The notes under the pieces are model-generated. The model did no database searches and was not told where the DNA came from. It was given only the letters and a program-made list of their open reading frames with translations. A stretch of DNA of 32,000 nucleotides from Candidatus Harpocratesius repetitus (GTDB lineage: Archaea > Asgardarchaeota > Lokiarchaeia > Sigyniarchaeales > Promethearchaeaceae). Positions 8,520 through 16,572 of the stretch are shown here, piece after piece. A program made the position numbers and the translations under genes. The stretch covers positions 3,870,001-3,902,000 of the forward strand of contig JAIZWK010000001.1 in assembly GCA_021498095.1 (NCBI GenBank). Reading direction: 5' to 3'. The stretch's first letter is position 1, and each line of letters starts with the position of its first letter.

Positions 8520-9110
8520 TGTCCCAACTTGCGATTTCCCCTTCTGCACTTTACAATCCTACCCTTTTGGATTTTTTTAAGTAGTAAAAAGAAGTCCTGC
8601 AGCTATTTTTTCATACTTTTTCATTGAAGGATTGTAAACCCTTTTGCGATTTTTGAAGAATTGAAGGTTTTGTAAAAATGCAAAATATATCTACAATCGC
8701 TGTAATGCATTTACAAGCACTACGTCTACAGAATGATTTGAGAGATTTATGAATGATCGTAAACTCTTCTAACTCACATTTTCGTAGAATTGAGCAACCG
8801 AAAGAGAAAAAACGATTTTCTTTTTTTTATCATCCTGTTGTAAAGACCCCCTCTAGATAATTACCCATTTTCGGGTAATGAATATTATAGTATATATTTT
8901 TTAAATAAATTTGCTAACAGAAATATGTTAGTATTCTTTTGGCGATTAAAATTGATTTACGAACGATCGTAAACTCAATCCAAACGTATTTTCATTGATA
9001 ATTTCTATTTATGGTGATGGTTATTAACTAATCTAAAAATCAACAAAAAATTTTGATCTTCAGGTCAAATAAAAAAAAGAATAATGCTATCGTATTTATG
9101 TTAGCATAAG
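8520..9110. repeat. Palindrome- and repeat-dense non-coding segment
   Basis: 11-bp perfect inverted repeat TTTACAATCCT (8550-8560 / 8628-8638). 23-bp palindromic direct repeat GATTTAYGAAYGATCGTAAACTC (8744-8766, 8954-8976). ATTACCC-N6-GGGTAAT (8860-8879). 22-bp imperfect palindrome TGCTA...TATGTTAGYA (8912-8933, 9085-9106). Confidence 0.75.
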
Positions 9111-9123
9111 AAAAAAAGTTAGT

Positions 9124-9507
9124 TTATGGTGTTCGCTTCTTCTTTTTCTTCTTATATCTCTGCTGAAGCCCTGCCTTTCGTGATTTTCCTGCAAAACCAC
9201 CTCTTCCTAATGTATCTACTTCAAGATAGTCATATCGATCGGGTGAATGAAGCCATCTTTCATCTTTAACAACTTGTTTATTCTGTTCAGACATATCTTT
9301 GAGTTTAGCTCGAGTAGATCGTTTCGCTTGTGCTTTTCGAGCTTCAGCTCTCGCGATCTTCCTGTATTTCTTTTTTCTACTTTTATGATTAAGTAGTCTT
9401 ATAGTCTCAGAACTTCTGCTGTAACGAGTTACGAGAACATCTCTAAGTTCTCCTCGAATTTTTCTTTTACATTGATAAACGTGTGGATAGATTGTTTGTT
9501 TACTCAT
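9124..9507 (-). CDS. Highly basic orphan protein (putative nucleic-acid binding)
   Basis: 127 aa with ATG start. Hand count gives 22 K + 18 R against 12 D/E. C-terminal KKKKKKR. Confidence 0.7.
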   Translation of the reverse strand: MSKQTIYPHVYQCKRKIRGELRDVLVTRYSRSSETIRLLNHKSRKKKYRKIARAEARKAQAKRSTRAKLKDMSEQNKQVVKDERWLHSPDRYDYLEVDTLGRGGFAGKSRKAGLQQRYKKKKKKRTP

Positions 9508-9533
9508 AATATAATTATAAAATACGGAGATTT

Positions 9534-9945
9534 AAATGCTTTGAACAAATTACGTGTGTTAAATAAGTAATTTAGTGCGTAATTCACTTATTTTATGCTT
9601 TTAACAAGCTACGTCTATTAAAAAATATTTTTCATCCTGCAGTTCTCTAAATTTGCTAAAAATGTTTCAATATTGCTTTTATTCTCTCGATTCGTTCAAA
9701 ACAGTTTGTAGTTCTCTTAGTTTGTTCAAAGCACACTACTGTTTTCCAAATTTGTTTTAAAACGTTTCTATCCTGCTGTGGTTCTCTAAATTCGTTCAAA
9801 GCATTTGTACTGAACAATTTCAGTCAAAAATTAGTTAAAAAAACTTTTGTTCCTGCTCCTGCAAAAAATCTTATACTTTTTTTTACTATTTTTTGCTATC
9901 TAATACTACTTATTCTTACTTTATACTACTCATTCTTACTCTATA
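9534..9945. repeat. Iteron-like 20-bp direct repeats followed by an AT-rich tract
   Basis: RTTCTCTHRRTTYGYTMAAA at 9642, 9681, 9711 and 9781. A partial inverted copy lies at 9534-9549 (15/16 match to 9791-9806). A T-rich tract at ~9870-9945 includes a 20-bp tandem duplication (ATACTACTYATTCTTACT). Confidence 0.7.
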
Positions 9946-9986
9946 AGAGAATAAGTCAAATTGTAATCCAATTTAATCAAGAACTT

Positions 9987-10229
9987 ATGCTCAAGCAAGG
10001 ATTTTTACAATATTTAAAAAATCATTGGCGCGATCATCACCCGTTTTATCATTATAAAAAATCAGCGTTGGATTTCTTATTGAATAGAAATATTCAGCCA
10101 ACTCGAAAAAACATTAAACAATTTTCGGGTGTTGCAATTAGTTTTACAAGTAGATTGCTCAAAGCAAAAAAAATTAAAAAATATGCACAGACGGTGTATC
10201 TGATCATTGATGAAAAAAAAAGATGGTGA
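9987..10229 (+). CDS. Small basic hypothetical protein, possibly winged-helix DNA-binding
   Basis: 80 aa with ATG start. The helix-helix-strand-like pattern (TRKNIKQFSG..FTSRLLKAKKIKKYAQTVYLI) suggests wHTH; this is inference only. Confidence 0.6.
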   Translation: MLKQGFLQYLKNHWRDHHPFYHYKKSALDFLLNRNIQPTRKNIKQFSGVAISFTSRLLKAKKIKKYAQTVYLIIDEKKRW

Positions 10230-10238
10230 AGTTCGATT

Positions 10239-10517
10239 ATGATTCTGTGTCTAACTAAGCCAAAATCACGAAAATCTGTGATAGTACGCGCTAAATCTCG
10301 AATAATTTTGCCAACTTTTTATCAGATTGGCTTCTTTGAGCTTGAGCGCAAGATAATAATTATGTTGTCTAACGATAGATTGACGAAAGTTCAAGTTCGT
10401 GCATTAGAACATAGTTTAGATGATCTACATAGCATTAAATACTCAATTGCAGAGATTCAACAGCAGATTCATGAGATGTTTAATAATACTTGCAATGTTG
10501 AATTAATGAAAGTATGA
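10239..10517 (+). CDS. Small hypothetical protein with C-terminal coiled coil
   Basis: 92 aa, starting 9 nt after the previous stop. Heptad pattern LEHSLDDLHSIKYSIAEIQQQIHEM. Confidence 0.6.
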   Translation: MILCLTKPKSRKSVIVRAKSRIILPTFYQIGFFELERKIIIMLSNDRLTKVQVRALEHSLDDLHSIKYSIAEIQQQIHEMFNNTCNVELMKV

Positions 10518-10574
10518 TTGTTAATAAATCATCAATATGTATTTTTTAATTTCTTATATATAAAATAAATAGTA

Positions 10575-11540
10575 ATGAATCGTATCCATAATTTACTCGA
10601 TCAACTAGATAAAGAATTACTTAGTGAAGAACCTAAAATACTTAAATGTATGAAAATGGGGCGACTTGTAGCTAAATATTATAATGACACCACTGTTTTA
10701 GAATGGATAAATAAAGAACTAAATGGTTATGTCCAAACTGATAAGTTACTTGAAAAATCTAATTTACCCAAATATAGATTATTAACATGTATGTTAAAAA
10801 CACCTTATTTTGAACAACATCCAATAGGATGGAATCAAGCTCTACAAATCAAAGGAAATAGGTTTGATAAAATGCCCGATTTCAGTTTTTTGGGGAGTTT
10901 ATCGCAGGTAATTGACTTATCAAAAAAAGAAATAATCGATTTTACTCGTGATCTTAATGGAGCTAATTATACTCTTGTAATCAACGGGAGTGAATTTAAA
11001 AATGTAATTATGGGTGTTACATTAAAACTTTTAGATTATGTTAATGAAAAAATGGAATCATTGGGGAATACTCTTGAAGATACTTGTTTAATGAATATTT
11101 TCAATAAGTTTCACGGTATAGCAAAGAGATTAGAGAATAGATATGATAATCGTCCAACAATAATAATTGAAAACGAATACGATGTTCAAGATTTACTTAA
11201 TGCTCTTTTATATGAACATTTTGATTCCATTCAGGTTGAAGAATATGGACACATGTATGCAGGAAAGCGACCCAGAGTTGATTTTTTTTTGAGATATGAT
11301 GAAATTGCTATAGAAGTAAAGTGTGTAAGAGATTCAAATCATGCAAATAGAATCTTAAGAGAAGAAATAATCTTAGATATTGCATATTACTCTAAAAGAA
11401 AGGAATTTAAACACCTATACTTCTTTATTTATGATCCTAAGTCACTTCTATTAAATAGAACTGATTTTATCAAAGATTTAGAAGAAAATGTCCCCGAGAA
11501 TTACTCTTCAATTAAAATTGTAATCAAACCAGATTTATAA
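10575..11540 (+). CDS. AbiTii-like N-terminal domain fused to a PD-(D/E)XK restriction-endonuclease-like domain (DpnII/MboI-type REase)
   Basis: N-terminal LEWINKELNGY...LPKYR is AbiTii-like. C-terminal IENEYDVQDLLNALL, RVDFFL, IAIEVK and LYFFIYDP are REase-like. Confidence 0.8.
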   Translation: MNRIHNLLDQLDKELLSEEPKILKCMKMGRLVAKYYNDTTVLEWINKELNGYVQTDKLLEKSNLPKYRLLTCMLKTPYFEQHPIGWNQALQIKGNRFDKMPDFSFLGSLSQVIDLSKKEIIDFTRDLNGANYTLVINGSEFKNVIMGVTLKLLDYVNEKMESLGNTLEDTCLMNIFNKFHGIAKRLENRYDNRPTIIIENEYDVQDLLNALLYEHFDSIQVEEYGHMYAGKRPRVDFFLRYDEIAIEVKCVRDSNHANRILREEIILDIAYYSKRKEFKHLYFFIYDPKSLLLNRTDFIKDLEENVPENYSSIKIVIKPDL

Positions 11541-11776
11541 CCTATGAAATTGAGATCATGTAATTCTACTCCATTTTTTCTATCTTTAATCCCTTAGAAA
11601 AAAAGCATCTGAGAATTGAAAACTCTGAATTTATTCGTATGTAGATGTATGAGATGCGTTCATCGTATAAAATGATTGAAATTAGGTGCGATGACAGACG
11701 GATATTTAAGATATTCTTACATTATTTATGAATTATAAATATAAGGCAAATAATGTAAAGATTTAGAAACATGTGT

Positions 11777-12148
11777 AATGATTAGAAACTCTGTCATTAA
11801 GGATTTTCAAGAACGGAGAAAAAAATAGCAGAAATAATGAATTTTAACCCCCCTATATTTCAAAAAGAGAATCGTGAAACTGAAAAGATTAGAAATTGGT
11901 TTAGAGAAAAATATAATCTCCAAACCGGGTCAATGCATATTTATCTTGTGTTGTGTTTTTATGATATTTCCTCATATCCCAATAATCAAGCCAACTTTCT
12001 CTTAGATTGTCTTGAAGTCTTTCATAAATTTTCATACTATAATCATTCATTTAATATTGTCAAAAGTTTATTTATGTTATTGTGTCAGAAAGGATCATTA
12101 GCTTCAAATGGATTATTTTTTCACTTCGTCTATTCACATTGCACATGA
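11777..12148 (+). pseudogene. Decayed ORF remnant(s)
   Basis: MIRNSVIKDFQERRKK joins IAEIMNFNPPIFQKENRETEKIRNWFREKYNLQ if one A is added to the 7-A run at 11819-11825. The 3' half of ORF 11837..12148 looks like antisense of another broken minus-strand fragment (MKIYERLQDNLRESWLDYWDMRKY). Confidence 0.35.
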
Positions 12149-12258
12149 TTTAACTTGATCGAATAGAAAAAGCGAACTCGCAAGGAAAAGATTTCTGTCA
12201 AGCCTATTGACTTTAAAAAAAATTATTATCTAAAGAATAATTTGAGAGTTTTAAGAAA

Positions 12259-13989
12259 ATGGAAAAATTAAATAATTCGTTTATAAAAATTGTAGCTTTG
12301 CAATTTGATAGTGGTGATATTTGCATTTTGCATCCTTACTTTAATTTTTTAATAGGTAAAAATGGTATAGGAAAAACCCAAATCATACAATCTTTACAAA
12401 GGATCAAATCTGCTGGATTTGGAAAAAATGAAAAAATAGATCGAAATTTTTTATTAACATTGAACGAATTATTGAAAAAACAATATAAGGAAAAAAAAAG
12501 AATAATTGAGGAAAGTATTTTAAAATTATGGGAAAACTATCTTAAGAAAAATCAATCAATTCAATTTTTTAAAAAGAAAATTATAAAACAGCATCCTTCT
12601 CATTTATCCACAATATATTATATCTCTTTTCAAAAAAAACAAAGACCAATAGGAATATATTTTGGAAATTCAAGACTAAATCCTCAATTTTCAGCAGATG
12701 CACAAGATCATAATGATTCTAGTTTAGACAGAATATTAGGTAAAATGATCAACAATCTTATTCAAAAAGCACTTCAAGAAAAAATAAAACAAGAAAAGAG
12801 ACAAGATTATAATGATGTGTTAATTCCTTTATTTCAAGATTTTAATAAAATAATAAAGAATACTGAATTGGATTCACTAAATAGGACTGAATTTATTTTT
12901 AAATCAAAAAATCCTAATTTTCCAACACCTTATACTGTAAAAAATTTATCAGATGGGGAAAAAAGTATTTTATTTTGGACTCTCTTGTGTAAAAAAGATG
13001 AAATAAATGGATCTCTGATATTATCTGATGAATGGGATAATCATTTACATCCGGATATAATACACGATTTAATTCGTTTTTTAAAAAAACAAGCAGAAAA
13101 ACTAAATTTACAATTCATATTTAGTACTCATTCTCCTCAAGCAATATTATCTTCCGATCCAAGTGAGTTATGTACTTTTGAACAAGATATAAAAACATTT
13201 GATTTGTATGTTCAACCAAAATATTATTTGGAAGGAGCCTATGAGCATCTTGGAGCATTACCTCTAACTACCAAAGCTTATTTTATAATTGAAGGAGAGA
13301 CAGAAATGGAATTTGAATATTATTTACCATTTGTTGATCATGTAAGGGTTCTGAATATGAAAGGATGTTCCCGAATCAAAAATACAGTCAAGTTTTTATC
13401 AAACTGTGGTATAAAAGTGGTTGCTATCAGAGATAGGGATGGTATTTCGGATGAAGAAATTGATAAATTAAAAAAAGATTCCATATATACTTGGCTAATA
13501 AGCGATATAGAATCTGAAGTTCTTCGTAATGATGTTTTTATGCAAAAATGGATTAAGGAGAAGTCTCAATTAGAAATAAATAAAAGCGATTTTATGAGTT
13601 TGAAGGAAAAGGCACTGAATTCCATTCAAAAAATTGAATCATGGAAAAAAGATTATCTCACAAGTAGGTTTAGAAGTGAATTGAATAAAGGAAATACTGA
13701 AGATTGGGATGAATTGATTAAGAGATGGAATAAAAATTGGAATGATAAAACACCTGAAGAAAAAATTCGCGGAAAAGATCATATGAAACAATTATTCAAA
13801 GAAATACGTGAAAAATATAAAGATAAAATAAAGAGACCTGAACAGTTATCGGTTAAAATATGCGTGAAAGATTGGATAAAATATCTTGGTGAATATATTA
13901 AGAAAGAAGAATATACTGAATTGCCATTACCTTTAAAAAAAAGTTTAATTGATTTGCAAAAACAAATAAAGAGTAATAAAAAAAAATAA
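12259..13989 (+). CDS. ABC/AAA_21 ATPase fused to a TOPRIM (OLD / DUF4435-like) nuclease
   Basis: Walker A LIGKNGIGKT, signature LSDGEKS, Walker B/D-loop LILSDEWDNHLHP, H-loop FSTHSP. TOPRIM motifs YFIIEGETE and AIRDRDG, followed by DIESEVL. Confidence 0.85.
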   Translation: MEKLNNSFIKIVALQFDSGDICILHPYFNFLIGKNGIGKTQIIQSLQRIKSAGFGKNEKIDRNFLLTLNELLKKQYKEKKRIIEESILKLWENYLKKNQSIQFFKKKIIKQHPSHLSTIYYISFQKKQRPIGIYFGNSRLNPQFSADAQDHNDSSLDRILGKMINNLIQKALQEKIKQEKRQDYNDVLIPLFQDFNKIIKNTELDSLNRTEFIFKSKNPNFPTPYTVKNLSDGEKSILFWTLLCKKDEINGSLILSDEWDNHLHPDIIHDLIRFLKKQAEKLNLQFIFSTHSPQAILSSDPSELCTFEQDIKTFDLYVQPKYYLEGAYEHLGALPLTTKAYFIIEGETEMEFEYYLPFVDHVRVLNMKGCSRIKNTVKFLSNCGIKVVAIRDRDGISDEEIDKLKKDSIYTWLISDIESEVLRNDVFMQKWIKEKSQLEINKSDFMSLKEKALNSIQKIESWKKDYLTSRFRSELNKGNTEDWDELIKRWNKNWNDKTPEEKIRGKDHMKQLFKEIREKYKDKIKRPEQLSVKICVKDWIKYLGEYIKKEEYTELPLPLKKSLIDLQKQIKSNKKK

Positions 13990-14326
13990 CTAAATATATG
14001 GTAAAGAGTAGGATTAAGCAATCGCTTTAAATATAGCGTAAAGCAAATAGAAAATGTGGTATTTATGCTTTAAATCAGAGTTCACAAAAAAATCAAATAA
14101 ATTTGCTTATTTTCCAATAACTCCAATAGTTTATAATTGTGTGGAGAGTGAATTAAAGGAAAATTGCTTATTTAAAAAAAAGTATGTTCAGTCTTATTTT
14201 CATTGTTCATTATTATGGTTATTTCATAACATGAACTTATCCAAAAAACTAAAAAATATCATGATCAGATTACGTTACATCGTAATGGTCAATTTTGATC
14301 AGTAAAAAATTATCATTATCATTAAG

Positions 14327-14851
14327 CTAATTCAAGAATTCCCATTTTTGAATTAAAACTCTGACGTAATTGTGAATTTGATCTAAAATTTTTTTATATC
14401 CTTCCCAAGAATCACCATAGGGATCATCAATATCACCTTTTAATCCTGCAGCTTCTGACAATGTGAGAATTTGGGGAGCTTCAATAGTTTGGTTTGGAAA
14501 GTATTTTGAAGCATTTTTATAATACATATCCAGAATTTCCTTTTTCTGGTTTTCTTCCATCACAAGGATAAGATCATGTTGATCGAGTAAACATCGCGAG
14601 ATTTTTTTTGGTTGAAATCCATTTGTTTCAATATTCATAAGATGAAGATATTGGGCAGAATGAGGAGACATCTGATTTAATACAGGATTTAACCCAGCAG
14701 AATCAACTTTAATCTTTTGAACGAGTTCATTTTGGCTTTGATTTATATAATATTTAAATAAATACTCCGCTACAGGAGATCGACAAATGTTACCCAGACA
14801 AATAACAAGAATTGATTTTGGAATAGTTTCTTTCGAATTTACACTATACAT
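14327..14851 (-). CDS. Low-molecular-weight protein-tyrosine phosphatase family
   Basis: P-loop ICLGNICRSPVAE, VDSAG and the general-acid loop DIDDPYG. Confidence 0.92.
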   Translation of the reverse strand: MYSVNSKETIPKSILVICLGNICRSPVAEYLFKYYINQSQNELVQKIKVDSAGLNPVLNQMSPHSAQYLHLMNIETNGFQPKKISRCLLDQHDLILVMEENQKKEILDMYYKNASKYFPNQTIEAPQILTLSEAAGLKGDIDDPYGDSWEGYKKILDQIHNYVRVLIQKWEFLN

Positions 14852-14961
14852 TTTTATCTGATTAATTTTAATTATTTAAAATATCAAAAATTTTCACTTT
14901 TTTCAATTAATAGAAAAATGTTAGAAGTGCTTTTTTTAAATCAAAAAACTTGAATTAATTC

Positions 14962-16572
14962 ATGGATGAATTTAGACAAGAATCTACACCAATAAATGTC
15001 TATTTTAAACATGATCGATCAAAAATAAATCTGGATATTCCTAAAATTAAAGAAGATTTAGCAAAAATATTTTCTCACGAAAGAATATCTTCAGAATTAG
15101 CTGATAAAATTGCTTATGGAAAGGATTATTGGTTAATTGGCACATTAATGAATCTTCATGGTCAAATTCCCGCTTACCCTGATATTATTGTATGGCCAAA
15201 AACCACAGATGAAATCGTACAACTTGTAAAATACGCGGCAAATCACAACCCTCCCATTCCAATTATCCCGTATGGTGAAGGATCAGGAGTAGTAGGAGGT
15301 GCAATCCCCGTATTTGGTGGAATTATTGTAGATATGAAGTATTTTGATCAAATTGAGATCAATCCAATAAATATGACAGCCCGAATTGGTGCAGGTGTCA
15401 ATGGAAAGACATTAGAAAGGTATTTAAACGCACATGGATTTCGGATGGGTCATATACCTCAATCATTGTATACTTCAACTATAGGAGGATATTTTGCTCA
15501 TAGAGCAGCAGGTCAATTTAGTGGAAAATATGGAAAATTTGAAGATATTGTGAAATCTTTTGAATTAGTTCTACCTTCTGGAGAAATTTTAAATACAAAA
15601 TTTTATCCCCGAGCAGCTGTAGGTCCAATGATTGACAGAATATTTCTTGGATCTGAAGGTACATTGGGCATAATGACAGCAGTTACATGTAGGATTTGGC
15701 CTTTTCCTGAAAAACAAATAGGAATTTCTTTCGTCTTTAACGATTTAAATCAAAGTTTAGAAGCAATAAGAAAGATCATACAAGGACAGATAAATCCTGC
15801 TGTTATTCGTATTTATGATAAATTGGAAACAAAACGTCATTTTGGAAAAACAGAAAAACGTTCGAAAAATAAATATATGGTGGTGTTTGTATGCGAAGGA
15901 CCATCAGAATTAGTTGAACTTGAAGAAAAGGTTGTTCGTAGGAATTGTTTAGCCCAAGGAGGTTTGGAGTGTGGAGATGGCCCCGTTCAGCATTGGTTTG
16001 ATACAAGATTTGTAGTAAAAGAATCTTCTGAATATGCACCATATGGCTTAGTTTTCGATACAATTGAAGTTGCTATCCCATGGGATCGGGCGAATGACTT
16101 GTATAACGCCGTAATTAAGCAAATTATGAATGTACCCGGTGCAATTATGGCTTCTGGACATGCATCGCATTTTTATACTTCTGGAGTCTGCTTCTACTTT
16201 ACATTTACTGCAGTGCCGCGAGAAAATCAATCTCCGATAGATTTATACAATCAATGTTGGGATGCAACATGCGAAACAACATTAAAATATAATGGAACAA
16301 TCTCACATCATCATGGAATTGGACTCAACCGTACCCGTTGGATGCATTTAGAACATGGAACAGAATTCTCTTTATTAAAAAAGATCAAAAAAATGCTGGA
16401 TCCGAAGAATATTATGAATCCTGGAAAACTTTATGTAGATCTCACTGAAGAAGAAAAAGAAAAAATCGAAAATATGGGCAAAACTAAACTACCAATTAAT
16501 TTAAGTTATTTTGTCACTCAAAAAAACGAATTACAATCAAAGAAAGGAGAAAAAAAACATGGAAGTATTTAA
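14962..16572 (+). CDS. FAD-binding oxidoreductase, alkyl-DHAP synthase (AGPS)-like subgroup of the VAO/GlcD family
   Basis: IIPYGEGSGVVGG, GHIPQS..STIGG...RAAGQFSGKYG, LGSEGTLGIMT, C-terminal ISHHHGIG and LDPKNIMNPGKL. Confidence 0.9.
   Translation: MDEFRQESTPINVYFKHDRSKINLDIPKIKEDLAKIFSHERISSELADKIAYGKDYWLIGTLMNLHGQIPAYPDIIVWPKTTDEIVQLVKYAANHNPPIPIIPYGEGSGVVGGAIPVFGGIIVDMKYFDQIEINPINMTARIGAGVNGKTLERYLNAHGFRMGHIPQSLYTSTIGGYFAHRAAGQFSGKYGKFEDIVKSFELVLPSGEILNTKFYPRAAVGPMIDRIFLGSEGTLGIMTAVTCRIWPFPEKQIGISFVFNDLNQSLEAIRKIIQGQINPAVIRIYDKLETKRHFGKTEKRSKNKYMVVFVCEGPSELVELEEKVVRRNCLAQGGLECGDGPVQHWFDTRFVVKESSEYAPYGLVFDTIEVAIPWDRANDLYNAVIKQIMNVPGAIMASGHASHFYTSGVCFYFTFTAVPRENQSPIDLYNQCWDATCETTLKYNGTISHHHGIGLNRTRWMHLEHGTEFSLLKKIKKMLDPKNIMNPGKLYVDLTEEEKEKIENMGKTKLPINLSYFVTQKNELQSKKGEKKHGSI

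Noticed and set aside
9079-9110. dif/Xer site because of TTATGTTA
   Set aside because: It lacks the 11-6-11 layout with a TAA-ended left arm. It is better described as an imperfect palindrome that has a second copy at 8912.
8400-10000. Chromosomal origin with ORB elements
   Set aside because: I saw no ORB consensus (TCCAGTGGAAAC-like with G-string), and no cdc6/orc1 gene is in the window.
12197-12211. GTCAA-N5-TTGAC hairpin upstream of the ATPase gene
   Set aside because: A single site with 5-bp arms is expected by chance.
12259-13989. Gabija or retron-associated system
   Set aside because: No UvrD helicase (GajB) or reverse transcriptase is adjacent.
13990-14326. att site, tRNA or IS end at the island's right boundary; ORF 14054..14305
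   Set aside because: I found no tRNA fold, no clear terminal repeat and no integrase or transposase. The ORF has atypical composition and no motif.
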